Origin: Dehalococcoidia bacterium
GTDB lineage: Bacteria > Chloroflexota > Dehalococcoidia > Bin125
Direction of reading: 5' to 3'
Assembly (NCBI GenBank): GCA_963555985.3
Contig: OY820591.1
Location: 1,856,001 to 1,920,000 of the forward strand
DNA: 64,000 nt
Both the position numbers and the translations under genes were made by a program. Positions 18,971 to 29,900 of the stretch are shown here, piece after piece (position 1 is the first letter of the stretch; every line of letters begins with the position of its first letter). Below the pieces are notes generated by a model. That model did not search any database. It worked only from the letters and a program-made list of their open reading frames with translations, and was not told where the DNA came from.

Positions 18971-19840
18971 ATGCTCACGCTGGGATTGCCGAAAGGTTCG
19001 TTGGAAGCGCCCACGCTGGAGCTGTTCCGGCGGGCGGGGTTCGATATTTCTACCGCATCGCGTTCCTACTTCCCCCAGATCGACGACGAAGGCATCACCT
19101 GCGTGATGTTTCGCGCGCAGGAGATGGCCCGTTACGTTGAGGATGGCGTGGCGGACTGCGGGATCACGGGTCACGACTGGGTGATGGAGACCGGCGCGGA
19201 CGTGATCGAGGTGGCGGAGCTGAACTACTCGCGCGCAACCTCGCGTCCGGCGCGCTGGGTGCTGGCGGTACCGGCAGAGAGCGGCGTGACCGAAGTCAGC
19301 CAGCTTGAGGGTGGCGTGATCGCTACAGAGCTGGTCGCAACCACGCGGGCGTATTTCGAGGCGCAAGGGATCAACGTCAAGGTTGAGTTCTCCTGGGGCG
19401 CGACTGAGGTCAAGGCGCGGATCATCGACGGCATCGTGGACATTACCGAGACCGGTTCGAGCCTGCGCGCGAACAACCTGCGCGTGATTGCGGAGGTGCT
19501 CCAGAGCACGACGCGGCTGATCGCCAACCGCGACGCCTGGGCCGATCCGGGGCGGCGGGAGAAGATCGAGGCGATCCACACGCTCCTGCAAGGCGCGATC
19601 GCGGCGCGGTCGAAGGTGGGGCTGAAGCTGAACACACCGCGCGCGAGTTTGCAGGATGTGCTCGCTGTGATCGGCAAATTCGGCGAGCACGCGCCGACGA
19701 TTTCCCCCTTGATCGACGAGGGTTGGGTCGCGCTGGAGATCATTCTCGACGAGCGGGTGGAACGGGAGATGATTCCTGAGTTGCGAAGGGCGGGCGCGTC
19801 GGGCTTAGTCAGCTACCCGTTGAACAAGGTGATTTCGTGA
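18971..19840 (+). CDS. hisG: ATP phosphoribosyltransferase, long form
   Basis: LGLPKGSL, RAQEMARYVEDG..DCGITG, FSWGATEVK, IVDITETGSSLRANNL and a C-terminal regulatory domain. Confidence 0.96.
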   Translation: MLTLGLPKGSLEAPTLELFRRAGFDISTASRSYFPQIDDEGITCVMFRAQEMARYVEDGVADCGITGHDWVMETGADVIEVAELNYSRATSRPARWVLAVPAESGVTEVSQLEGGVIATELVATTRAYFEAQGINVKVEFSWGATEVKARIIDGIVDITETGSSLRANNLRVIAEVLQSTTRLIANRDAWADPGRREKIEAIHTLLQGAIAARSKVGLKLNTPRASLQDVLAVIGKFGEHAPTISPLIDEGWVALEIILDERVEREMIPELRRAGASGLVSYPLNKVIS

Positions 19841-19859
19841 AAGGGAGCTCGGCGGCAGG

Positions 19860-20993
19860 CTACTGATCCTGCTCGTCCTGTTCGGCGGAAGGTTCGGGTT
19901 CCACGGACGGAGGTTGGGGCCGAAAGCGTTCCGGGACGTTATGACGAGGGTCACCCTTGCGGAAATCGCTCCAACAGTCGATGTGACCTTCGCTGGTGAT
20001 GGCGCAGGCGGCCTGGTCTCCGAAGAGGCGGGTGTAGGTGCGGGCAGCAGTGGTCTCGCGGTCGGGGCCGCCTTCGAAGAGCAAGGTGAAGCGGATGGGC
20101 CAGGATTGGAAGCGGATAATGCGGGGCGGGCAGTGGTCGATGTGCGCGGGGATGACGTGGTAGCACCAGTGCAGGGTCTGGCGGCATTGGAGCGAGCCAT
20201 CGACGATGGCACAGCCTTGAGCGGCCAGGATGTGGACATTGCGGAAGAGTTGGGTGTAGGGCGGCGGCGGACCGGGGGCGGTACGGGATTGGGCGGTGCG
20301 GCAGCGCACATCTTCCTGAGCGGTGACGCCGCAGAAGCCGTTGCCGCTGGAGGCGATCCGGACGAAGGGGCCGGCGTCGGAGACGAATTGGTCGATGGTC
20401 AGGTCGCCCCAGCAGGTCGTGCGTCCTTCGGAGTCGAGAGCGCAGAATTCGCGGCCGGTGCTGATGAGATCGGTGAAGTTGTTATAGGCGGGAGCGGGAC
20501 TGCGCGGTAGCGGCAGTCCCCAGCAGGCGATCTCGCCCTCAATCGTGCGGGCGCAGGCGTAGTGCCGCCAGGGATGCACGACGATCTGGACGAGGTCGGT
20601 GCGGTCGGGAGGCAGGAGTTGGGCGAGGCCGGCGAGATGGAGATCGGCTTCGGGGTCGCGAGCCAGGACGTCCTCAATGGCAGCCCGGAGATAATCGTAA
20701 CCAGCGCCCCAGCAGATAGGGGCTCCCTCGGAGGTGATGGCGCAGGCGTCGGCGGGACCAAGGCTGAGGTCGGTGAAGGAGCCTTGGGGGACGTCACGAA
20801 CGAGGGGGATGTCGAAGCCCCAGCAGGCAATCTCGCCGGCGTCGGTGAGGGCGCAGGCGGCGGTCGGACCGATGGCGATTTCGACGGGGGTATCGGCGCG
20901 GGCGGGGACGATAGAAAGCAGGGCGAGGAACACAAGAAGCGCAAGCGCGGCGAGCGGCGCGAGGAGGTGGAACACGGTGCGGGTGGGCTGCAT
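19860..20993 (-). CDS. Secreted RCC1/BLIP-II-like beta-propeller repeat protein, copy 1
   Basis: Signal peptide and repeated ACA(L/I)TxxGxxxCWG units. Confidence 0.75.
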   Translation of the reverse strand: MQPTRTVFHLLAPLAALALLVFLALLSIVPARADTPVEIAIGPTAACALTDAGEIACWGFDIPLVRDVPQGSFTDLSLGPADACAITSEGAPICWGAGYDYLRAAIEDVLARDPEADLHLAGLAQLLPPDRTDLVQIVVHPWRHYACARTIEGEIACWGLPLPRSPAPAYNNFTDLISTGREFCALDSEGRTTCWGDLTIDQFVSDAGPFVRIASSGNGFCGVTAQEDVRCRTAQSRTAPGPPPPYTQLFRNVHILAAQGCAIVDGSLQCRQTLHWCYHVIPAHIDHCPPRIIRFQSWPIRFTLLFEGGPDRETTAARTYTRLFGDQAACAITSEGHIDCWSDFRKGDPRHNVPERFRPQPPSVEPEPSAEQDEQDQ

Positions 20994-21061
20994 GGGGCAC
21001 GCTTTGGCGGTGATTGGAGAATGGTAGCTGAGGGCAAGCGGTCAAGAGTGAGTCAGAGACG

Positions 21062-21145
21062 GTGGAGCCGGAGATGATTCCTGAATTGCGCCGGGCGGGC
21101 GCGTCGGGGTTGGTCAGTTATCCGTTGAACAAGGTGATTTCGTGA
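21062..21145 (+). repeat. Orphan copy of the hisG 3' end (direct repeat of 19757-19840, offset 1305 bp)
   Basis: Encodes VEPEMIPELRRAGASGLVSYPLNKVIS*. There are 9 nt differences in 84 bp, 8 of them synonymous, and homology continues into the downstream gene. Confidence 0.95.
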
Positions 21146-21164
21146 AAGGGAGCTCGGCGGCAGG

Positions 21165-22292
21165 TTACTGATCCTGCTCGTCCTGTTCGGCGGGAGGTTC
21201 GGGTTCCACGGACGGAGGTTGGGGCCGAAAGCGTTCCGGGACGTTGTGGCGAGGGTCGCCCTTGCGGAAATCGCTCCAACAGTCGATGTGACCTTCGGTG
21301 GTGATGGCGCAGGCGGCCTGGTCTCCGAAGAGGCGGACGTATTCGCGGGAGGCGGTGGTTTCACGGTCGGGTCCGCCTTCGAAGAGCAAGGTGAAACGGA
21401 TGAGCCAGGATTGGAAACGGATGAGGTCGGGTGGGCAATACTCGACGTCTGGAGAGAAGTAGTAGGAACACCAGTGGTGGGTCTGGCGGCAATGCAGTGA
21501 GCCGTCATCGAACACCGCGCAGCCTTGCGCGCCGATGACGTGGACGTTGCGGAATATCTGGGCATAGGGCTGTGGCGGGCCCGGCGCGGTGGGGGAATCG
21601 TGGGTGCGGCAGCGCACCTCGCCTTGGGCGGTGACGCCGCAGAATCCGTTGCCGCTGGCGGCGATGCGGACAAAGGGGCCGGGGTCGGAGACGAATTGGT
21701 CGATGGTGAGGTCGCCCCAGCAGGTCGTGCGTCCTTCGGAGTCGAGGGCGCAAAATTCTCGACCGGTGCTGATCAGCTCGGTGAAGTCGGCGCTGGTGGG
21801 GGCGGGGCTGCGCGGCAGGGGCAGGCCCCAGCAGGCGATCTCGCCCTGGATGGTGCGTGCGCAAGCGTAGTGTCGCCACGGGTGCACGACGATCTGGACG
21901 AGGTCGGTGCGGTCGGGAGGCAGGAGTTGGGGCAGGCCGCTGAGTTGGAGGTCGGCTTCGGGGTCGCGGGCGAGAATGGAGTCGATGCTGGCTCTGACAT
22001 AGGCGTAACCGGCGCCCCAGCAGGCGGCGGTTCCCTCGGAGGTGATGGCGCAGGCGTCAGCGGGACCGAGACTGAGGTCGGTGAACACGCCCTCGGGCAC
22101 GTCGTGGACGAGGGGGATGTCGAAGCCCCAGCAGGCGATCTCGCCAGCGTCGGTGAGGGCGCAGACGGCGGTGGGGCTGATCTCGATATGGACGGGCGTC
22201 TCGGCGCGAGCAGGGGCAATGAGGAACAGGACGAGGAGAACAAGCGCGACGAGCGGCGCGAGGGCGCGGAAGACAGTGAAGACAGGCGGCAT
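21165..22292 (-). CDS. Secreted RCC1/BLIP-II-like repeat protein, copy 2
   Basis: Collinear paralog of 19860-20993. Confidence 0.75.
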   Translation of the reverse strand: MPPVFTVFRALAPLVALVLLVLFLIAPARAETPVHIEISPTAVCALTDAGEIACWGFDIPLVHDVPEGVFTDLSLGPADACAITSEGTAACWGAGYAYVRASIDSILARDPEADLQLSGLPQLLPPDRTDLVQIVVHPWRHYACARTIQGEIACWGLPLPRSPAPTSADFTELISTGREFCALDSEGRTTCWGDLTIDQFVSDPGPFVRIAASGNGFCGVTAQGEVRCRTHDSPTAPGPPQPYAQIFRNVHVIGAQGCAVFDDGSLHCRQTHHWCSYYFSPDVEYCPPDLIRFQSWLIRFTLLFEGGPDRETTASREYVRLFGDQAACAITTEGHIDCWSDFRKGDPRHNVPERFRPQPPSVEPEPPAEQDEQDQ

Positions 22293-22401
22293 CGGGCGCT
22301 TTCGCAGTGGTTAGGCGCAAGATAGAGGAGGACGAATCGGCGAGAACGTCAGCAATCGTCGGCTAGGATCGCTGCACGAGACAGCTTGATTGGAATACGA
22401 A

Positions 22402-23841
22402 ATGGCCCTGCGAACCCCCGCCGAATACGTCGAATCGCTGCGCGACGACCGCGAAATCTGGTACCGCGGCGAGCGCGTCGACGACGTGACCACGCATCCG
22501 ACGATCAGCAAGGCCGTCAAGCACGCCTGCATCGATTACGAAATGGCGGAGTCGGACGAGTACCGCGAGCTCGCTACCTACGAGGAAGACGGCGAGAGCT
22601 ACAGCGCCTACTACCGCATCCCGCGCTCGACCGACGACCTGCTCAACCGCTCGAAGCTGATCGAGGCCGCCACCGCCGAAGGCGACACGCTGGTCGTGCT
22701 GATCAAGGAGATCGGTACCGACGCGCTCTTCGCGCTGCTGGCGGTGACCGCCGAGTTCGAGGATCCGGTCTATTTCGAGCGCGCGCAGGCCTTCTACGAG
22801 CACTGCCGCCGCAACGATCTGGCGCTGGCGGTGGCGCAGACGGATGTCAAGGGCGACCGGATCAAGCGCCCCTCGCAACAGTCCGACCCCGACATGTACC
22901 TGCGTGTGGTCGAACGCCGCCCGGACGGCGTAGTCGTGCGCGGCGCGAAGGCGCACACCTCGGTCGTGACCAACACCAACGAGGTGATCGTCCTGCCCAC
23001 CCGCGCGATGGGCGCGGACGAGGGCGACTGGTCGATTGCGTTCGCGCTGCCCGTGAACACGCCGGGGCTGCGCTTCATCGCCTCGCCTTTCGGCGACAAC
23101 GCCAGCCACGAGGGCGAGCGCCCGATCTCGGCGGTGCGCAAGATGATGGAGACGATCACAATCTTCGACGACGTGTTCGTGCCCAACGAGCGCATCTTCC
23201 TCGACGGCGACACCGACGCGGCGGGACAACTCGCGCTGACCTTCGTCGAGTACCACCGCTTTACCGCCGTCTCGTACAAGCTGCCTTTGATCGATGCCTT
23301 GGGCGGCTGCGCGGCGCTGGCGGCGGACTACAACGGGATCATCGGCGTCTCGCATGTGCGCGAGAAGTTCATCGATCTGATCTCATACGCAGAGACGACC
23401 CGCGCCCTGATCGAGAAATCCGCCGAACGCTGCATCGCCAAGCCCAACGGTCAGGTCGCGCCCGATCCGATGACCGTCAACATCGCCAAATCGCACTTCG
23501 CGCACGGCTACCACGAAGCGGTGCAGCACGTGCAGGAGATCGCAGGCGGGATTCTCGTCACTGGACCGGGCGACGAGGACTGGGAGCACGAAGAGTTGCG
23601 CCCGTTCCTCCAGAAATACCTGGCCGGACGCGACGGCGTGGACGGCGAACAGCGGATGCGCTTGCTCAACTTCATCCGTGATCTGACCTCATCCGACTAC
23701 GGCGCATACCAGGAAGTCTTGGCGATTCATGCGGAGGGGTCGTTGCAAGCCGAGCGCTTGCAGGTCTTCCGCGCGTTCAACGAGAACGGCGGCGCGCGCC
23801 GAGTGATGCGGCTCGCAGGTAGAATGGCGGGCGTAAGGTAG
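22402..23841 (+). CDS. 4-hydroxyphenylacetate 3-hydroxylase / 4-hydroxybutyryl-CoA dehydratase family flavoprotein
   Basis: EYVESLRD..W..GERV.DVTTHP, AQTDVKGDR, VVRGAKAH and HAEGS. Confidence 0.88.
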   Translation: MALRTPAEYVESLRDDREIWYRGERVDDVTTHPTISKAVKHACIDYEMAESDEYRELATYEEDGESYSAYYRIPRSTDDLLNRSKLIEAATAEGDTLVVLIKEIGTDALFALLAVTAEFEDPVYFERAQAFYEHCRRNDLALAVAQTDVKGDRIKRPSQQSDPDMYLRVVERRPDGVVVRGAKAHTSVVTNTNEVIVLPTRAMGADEGDWSIAFALPVNTPGLRFIASPFGDNASHEGERPISAVRKMMETITIFDDVFVPNERIFLDGDTDAAGQLALTFVEYHRFTAVSYKLPLIDALGGCAALAADYNGIIGVSHVREKFIDLISYAETTRALIEKSAERCIAKPNGQVAPDPMTVNIAKSHFAHGYHEAVQHVQEIAGGILVTGPGDEDWEHEELRPFLQKYLAGRDGVDGEQRMRLLNFIRDLTSSDYGAYQEVLAIHAEGSLQAERLQVFRAFNENGGARRVMRLAGRMAGVR

Positions 23842-23893
23842 GCCGCCGCTCTCCACCTACCGGTTGCAGGGGCGCGGCCCGCTAGGACAGCTC

Positions 23894-24571
23894 ATGCCCG
23901 AACTGCCGCTGTTTCCGCTGCAAATCGTGGTCTTCCCGGGCGAGGAAGTGCCGCTGCACATTTTCGAGCCGCGCTATCGGCAGTTGGTCAAGGACACCGC
24001 CGAGTCGGGCGCGTCGTTCGGGATCGTGCTGACCCGCCGAGGCCGCGGCATGGGCGGGCAGGGTATGGATCCAGCCGACCGCGAGCCTACGCACGAGATC
24101 GGCTGCACAGTGCGAATGGAGGCGACGGAGGCGTTCCCAGACGGTCGCTACAACATTATGTGCCGGGGCGAGCGGCGCTTTCGGATCATCGAGAAATTGG
24201 GCGAGCGTCCGTACTGGGTCGCGGAGGTGGAGTTTCTCGACGATCCCGCCGACGCCTACAGCGCGGCGGCGGGGCAGGCGTATGTCGATACGGCTGCGCT
24301 CTACCGCGAACATCTCGGCCTGGCGCTGGCGTTGCAGAACAGTTGGCAGCGGCGCTACCGCCTGCCGAGCGGCTCAGTTGAGTTGGTCAATCACATCGGT
24401 TCGCGGCTGGAAGCGCCGCCCTCAGTGAAACAGGAAGTACTGAAAGCCGAAACCGCGGTTGAACAGCTGAATCTGCTCTCCCGCGTGTTGCGAACCACGA
24501 ATCGGCAGTTGCAGGATCGGGTGGAGCTGCACCACCGCCAGCGCTACAGCGGACTCGGCGCGGGCAACTAG
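23894..24571 (+). CDS. LON peptidase substrate-binding domain protein
   Basis: LPLFPL..VVFPG..PLHIFEPRYRQL, DGRYNI..RGERRFRI. Confidence 0.9.
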   Translation: MPELPLFPLQIVVFPGEEVPLHIFEPRYRQLVKDTAESGASFGIVLTRRGRGMGGQGMDPADREPTHEIGCTVRMEATEAFPDGRYNIMCRGERRFRIIEKLGERPYWVAEVEFLDDPADAYSAAAGQAYVDTAALYREHLGLALALQNSWQRRYRLPSGSVELVNHIGSRLEAPPSVKQEVLKAETAVEQLNLLSRVLRTTNRQLQDRVELHHRQRYSGLGAGN

Positions 24572-25725
24572 AGCGCGTCTGCGCCATTCTGCCGGACATG
24601 GCGCGCGATCGTGAGCCGCAGCAACTCGGTCGGGCCTTCCGCAATGCGCAAACTGCGCGACCAGCGGTAGAGCCGTTCGAGCGGATGTCCGCGCAGCAGC
24701 GCTTGCGCCCCGTGCAGTTGGATCGCCCGATCGACCGTCCGGTGCAGGGTCTCGGTGGCATGCCACTTGGCCGCGGCGACTTGCGTGCCGGCGGTCGGCT
24801 CGTCGCACTCTCGCGCCTCGGCTGCCCGATAGAGCATGACGCGGGCTGCGTAGGTGTCAGCCACCGCGTCGGCGAAGATCGCTTGCACTTGCTGCTGCTC
24901 AGCTAACGGCTGACCGCTGCGGTGCGGCGCTTCGATTCGGGCCAGCGTTTGGCGATTGATCCAGCGCGACCAGCCAACCGCATCGGCGGCGACGCCGAGC
25001 CGCATCCGGTCGATGTTCGCCATCGCGCGGGGCAGGCCGTCGCCGACTTTTCCGAGTAGACGGCGTTGCGGTACCGGCGTTCGGTCGAAGTGAAACGGCG
25101 AGTGCGTGCTCCCGTCGATCGAATGGCCAAGCTCGCCTTGCGTGACTCCCGGCGCATCACGGTCAATAACCAGCAGCGCAGTCCCGCCGCCGTCGGCGTC
25201 GCTCGGCACATTGGCGACGACGACCAGCCAATCCGCATCCGCGCCGCCGGTCACGAACGCCTTGCCGCCGCTGACCAGGAATCCCGCCTGTCCGTCGGGC
25301 AGTGTCGCCGGTACGGCTTGAGTTGGCTGCGGATTCGAGCGGTCTTCGGTGAAAGCAAACGCGGCCGTCCGCTGTCCCGCGAGCACTGGCTCATACAGTT
25401 CGCCGCGTTGACGGTCGTTGTCGGCGAGGCGCATGATCCCCGGTCCGGCGCCGAGCGCTGTTGAAGCGAATGGATTGCCGCTGAGCGCAAGCGCCTCGCG
25501 CGCGCCGGTGAGCAGGCGCGGCCCGGCGTTCCGCCCGCCCTCGTGCGCCGGCAGCGCGAGCCGGTAGATGCCGGCGGCCTCGGCGCGCCGCGCGATCTCG
25601 CGCCGAATCTCCGGCGCGCGCGATTCAGGATCGACGCCAATCGTCAGTGGATCGACCTCCTCGGCGATGAAGCGGGCGATGCGCTCCTGGAGCTCGGCGA
25701 TGTCTTGGGGCAGATCGAAATTCAT
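24568..25725 (-). CDS. Acyl-CoA dehydrogenase family protein
   Basis: AFAFTE, GGKAFVTGG, AIQLHGAQ and RSLRIAEGPTE. Confidence 0.9.
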   Translation of the reverse strand: MNFDLPQDIAELQERIARFIAEEVDPLTIGVDPESRAPEIRREIARRAEAAGIYRLALPAHEGGRNAGPRLLTGAREALALSGNPFASTALGAGPGIMRLADNDRQRGELYEPVLAGQRTAAFAFTEDRSNPQPTQAVPATLPDGQAGFLVSGGKAFVTGGADADWLVVVANVPSDADGGGTALLVIDRDAPGVTQGELGHSIDGSTHSPFHFDRTPVPQRRLLGKVGDGLPRAMANIDRMRLGVAADAVGWSRWINRQTLARIEAPHRSGQPLAEQQQVQAIFADAVADTYAARVMLYRAAEARECDEPTAGTQVAAAKWHATETLHRTVDRAIQLHGAQALLRGHPLERLYRWSRSLRIAEGPTELLRLTIARHVRQNGADAL

Positions 25726-25744
25726 GGCGGCTCCGGAAAGTTGA

Positions 25745-26884
25745 TCAGTCTGTGGCTTGGGCGAGCATGAACGCCTGCGTATCGCCCGGCTCAGCGTCGG
25801 TCAGAGCAACGCCGAGCAGGTTGGCGCGAGCGAGCCTCGCGCGGGCGTCGGCAAGCTGGTCGGCGGGCGTGTGTGAGGCGGCAACCAGCACCACACGATC
25901 GCAACAGCCGGCTAGCAAGAGAGCGTCGGGATCGACGAGTGCTGGTCCGAGCACGACCACCTGCTGCGGCTGACGGCGATAGAGCTCGAGGGCGCGCCGG
26001 ATCAGCTCGCTGCGGGGAATCGCCGCCCAGCGTGAGCCTTCGAGCCAGAGCGGCGGGGGTGTAGTGATCTCCAGCTGGAACGCGGGCGGTCTCGCGTCGA
26101 GCCAGAGCACGGCGTGTTCGCGTCCGGCCAGCGCGCGCGCCGCCTGCGCCGCCGCATCGTAGGCATTGACGGAGGCGTCAAGCGGAATGAAGGCCGCAAC
26201 CGACGCGACTGAGCGATCCATCATGTCGAGCGCATCGGCGAGTTGCTGTGCTGAAGGCGGAGGCTCATCACTGCGCGGCGTCCGCTCATGTGCATCCTCC
26301 GGGAGCACCGCGATCGTGCGCAGGCCGACACGGCCCGCACGACCGAGGCTGGAGCCTACCGAAGCAGCGCGAGCGGGACGCGCGAGCGCGGCAGCCAAGG
26401 CGAACCCACCGACCAATCCGACAGCCGCAGCGATCGCGCCGTTGCGCTCGGTGCTCGGCGCCGCTCGGCGCACTCTGGGCTGGGTCAGACCGAGCACCCG
26501 TAGACCGGAGTCGCCTTCGTAGCGCATTCTTGCTTCATTAGCGGCGGCTTCGGCGATGCTGAGAGCGAGATTCTCGGCATCGTACGATTCGACGGCGCGA
26601 ACGGTGAGGATGATCAGCGTGTCGCGCAGCTCCACGCTCAACTCGGATACCTGCGCAGAGCCCGTCTCCGAGCTCATCATCGTGCCCGTCGCGCTGTCGA
26701 CCAGGTCGGGATCGTGCAGCAAGGCCGCGTATTCGGCGGGCGGGCGCTCGTCCGCAGCCCAGAGCCGCACGCTCGCTTCCCAGGCGGCATCGACGGAGCG
26801 GGAGATGAGGACGGCAATCAACACAGCCGCGAGCGTCGTCGCGAGCGGGACCCACCAGGGAAATCCATTGCGTACGGGGTTCAC
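25745..26884 (-). CDS. Wzz/CpsC-CpsD-like polysaccharide chain-length regulator, degenerate
   Basis: Two TM helices flanking an extracytoplasmic region plus a C-terminal CpsD-like fold (D..LLA..CD.VVLV...LLGVAL) without a Walker A motif; start uncertain. Confidence 0.55.
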   Translation of the reverse strand: MNPVRNGFPWWVPLATTLAAVLIAVLISRSVDAAWEASVRLWAADERPPAEYAALLHDPDLVDSATGTMMSSETGSAQVSELSVELRDTLIILTVRAVESYDAENLALSIAEAAANEARMRYEGDSGLRVLGLTQPRVRRAAPSTERNGAIAAAVGLVGGFALAAALARPARAASVGSSLGRAGRVGLRTIAVLPEDAHERTPRSDEPPPSAQQLADALDMMDRSVASVAAFIPLDASVNAYDAAAQAARALAGREHAVLWLDARPPAFQLEITTPPPLWLEGSRWAAIPRSELIRRALELYRRQPQQVVVLGPALVDPDALLLAGCCDRVVLVAASHTPADQLADARARLARANLLGVALTDAEPGDTQAFMLAQATD

Positions 26885-26951
26885 GATTTCGAGTGTATCG
26901 CGGGCTTGAGCGGCGTCATTCCGCCGCCTCTGGGCAAGTATGTTGTGCGCC

Positions 26952-29900
26952 ATGCGGAACTGGGGACTGTTGGCAATCGGGGTCGTGCTGATCGTGACGA
27001 CGGGCGCGGTTCGGGCAGCCGAAACGCCAAAGCCGCTGGCGCACGTGAGCGTGCGAGCCGCGATTGACCAGGATGTCGCTGACTTCGCCGATCGCCTGCG
27101 ATCACTGGACATGGATGTGGAGTTGGCATTGCCCGAGCTCGGGCGCTGGCAAGGCTGGATCGCGCATGAGCGCTTGGAGGCTTTGCGATCTGCGCCGGGC
27201 GTGCTCGATGTGGCTCGCCCCCGCTACGGCGTCTTCGCTGCGGGCACGGTGAACAGCGAGGGCGACGACGCGCTGGGCGCGGCGGCGGCGCGAGTCGCGT
27301 TTGACGTGGACGGATCGGGCGTGCGCGTAGCGGTGATCTCCAACGGTGTAAGCGGATTGGAGGCGGCGCAGACAGCGGGCGACGCGCCCGCAGGCGTCAA
27401 AGCCTACGCCTTTGGCAGCGGCAATCTGGCCGGGGGCGACGAAGGCACCGCCATGATCGAGATCATCCACGATCTCGCTCCGGGCGCCGAGCTTTCCTTC
27501 GGCGCAGTCGCCACTGATCTAGACCACATCGCGGCGGTCAACTGGTTCGCCGCCCGCGTAGACGTGATCGTCGACGATGTCAGCTTCTTCTACCCGGCCG
27601 ATCAGGCGAGCGAAGTCTCGCTGAACACGACCCGCGCGCTTGAGCATCCGGATTGGCCGCTTCGCGCATATGTGACCGCTGCGGGGAACTGGGCTGAGCG
27701 GCATTGGTCGGGAGAGTTCGTCGCGGGGATTGACGGAGCACGTCTGGGCCTGCCCGACGCCGGGCCGGTTCATCAATTTGGAGGCAGCGCGCTCAACGGA
27801 CACGGCAATGCGTTTTCGTTGGATGCCGATGAGCGCGTGACCATCGCTCTGCATTGGGATGACGTCTGGGAACGTTCGACCAACGACTATCAGCTCTATC
27901 TGCTGGACGAGAGCGGTAGCGTCGTCGCTTCGAGCAGAGACAGTCAGGGCATCGACACGTTCCTCCCCCAAGAGGTGCTCCAGTTTCAGAATGGCGGCGC
28001 GCCGGCGCGATACGCGGTCGTGATCCAAAACTGGCGAGGCGCAGCGGAACCCCGCCGGCTCGATCTGTTTGCGATCGATCACCTGGCGCGAGGGGGAACA
28101 CCACTGCGGCTGGAGACGCGCACCGCCGCCGGCAGTCTGTTGGCGCAATCGGACGCGCTCCACGCCATCACGGTCGGCGCGGCGCTGCAAGACGACTCGG
28201 ACATCGCACCCTACTCGAGCCGCGGGCCAACCTGGAACGGCGCCCAGAAACCGGAACTTGCCGCCATTGACGGAGTCACCGTGAGCGCAGCGACGACGTT
28301 CCGTCCGCGCTTCTCAGGTTCATCCGCAGCGGCCCCGCACGTGGCCGCAGCAGCGGCGCTGCTCCTCGAAGCCCAGCCCGCGCTGCTGGCGCGGGACGGC
28401 GGAGACGCGCTCTTGGAGCGACGCCTGCTGCGAGAGTTTCTCTTCAGCACAGCGCGCGACATTGGTGATCTGGGTATCGACACGGCCTCCGGCCACGGCG
28501 TCCTGAACGCGCTGTTGGCCGTGCGCGCCGCTGACCGGCGCGTGATCGTCGTGCGCTCGACTGCGGACCGCGGCCCCGATTCGCTCAGAGAGGCAATCGA
28601 GCGGGCCAATGCAGGCGAAGCAGACGCGATCCTGTTCTCGGATGAGGCGGCAGATCGGGTAATCCAACTGGAGTCGGCGCTGCCCGCCGTCACCGCGCCG
28701 GGCGTAGTGATCGATGGCAGCGGCTGGGCGATCGACGCTGGCGCGACTGAGCGCGGGATCGAGCTGATCGGAGACGGAATCGAGCTCTGGGGTATCAGGG
28801 TGCTTGGCGCGGGAGAGGTCGGAGTCTGGATCGAGGGCGATGGAGTCAGTTTGGTTCGCGTCGTCGCCGACGGGAACGGCGCGCACTCGCTCTGGGGAGG
28901 AGGCGCGGGCGTGTGGCTCGAATCAGCGGCATCGATCGTGCTCAGGGATGTCGAGATCATTCGCAACTGGGGCGACGGCCTCGTGATCGAGAACGGCTCC
29001 TCGGCAGTCGTTGAGGAGAGCTGGATTGGGGTAGAACGAGGCTCGGACGAGACAGCCGAGCCGACCTCAAACATGGGCTACGGAATTCGCGTCGCGCCGG
29101 CGGCCGGCGACGTACGGATTGGGCCGAGAGCTCGGCCCCAGCCCATTTTTGAGGCCGAACTGGTCGACCCGCTTGGCATCCTCACGACGACTCTGAGCGG
29201 ACGCTCCGATGTTGCGCATACGATTCGAGGCTGGGTGACGGTGGACGGCGTGCCCGCATCGGCAGGCACGCTCGTCACGGCCTATCTGGATCGAGCGCCG
29301 GCGGCAGTAGTAGCGACCGACGAATGGGGTCGGTTTACGGCCACGGTGTCGGGTCCTGGCAGACAAATCCGCTTTGCAGTCGGCGGGGTTGCGCTGGACG
29401 ACTCAGTGCCATTCTCGGCAGCGACAGAGACGGAGGTGTCCCTACGAGCGGCAAGCGCGGGACGGCGCGCGGCTGCGTCCGTCTCCGGGGGCAATGTGAT
29501 TGCCGGCAACGCACTCGGAGGCGTGCACATCGGCGCAGACGGAGTGGGTGCGCGTGAGGTCTGGGGCAATATGAGCTGGGGTCAGCGGGAGCCCGTCTCC
29601 GGCGGAGGCCCGCCGCCATCGCTCAGTTGGCTGACCTGGCGCGGCGACGCCGCCTCGCTGGGCGGCCGCGCTGAAGGCGCGACCCGAGTCGATCTGTACG
29701 CAGGAACGCAGGGCGGGCCGCGACGCTACATCGGATCGGCGGACGTGTATGAGGGCCGGTTCGCGCTGGAGCGGGTGATTGCCGGACAGTTCGATCAGTT
29801 CTCGGCGTTCGCATTCGATCACGAGACCCGTGTGAGCGGGGAGAGCGCAGTGCTGCACGGAGCGAACGCGCCCACAATCGAGTCGATTGACCCGGTCGTA

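Noticed and set aside
19860-22292. Diversity-generating retroelement TR/VR pair
   Set aside because: Differences are not adenine-specific, both copies are full genes, and no reverse transcriptase is in the window.
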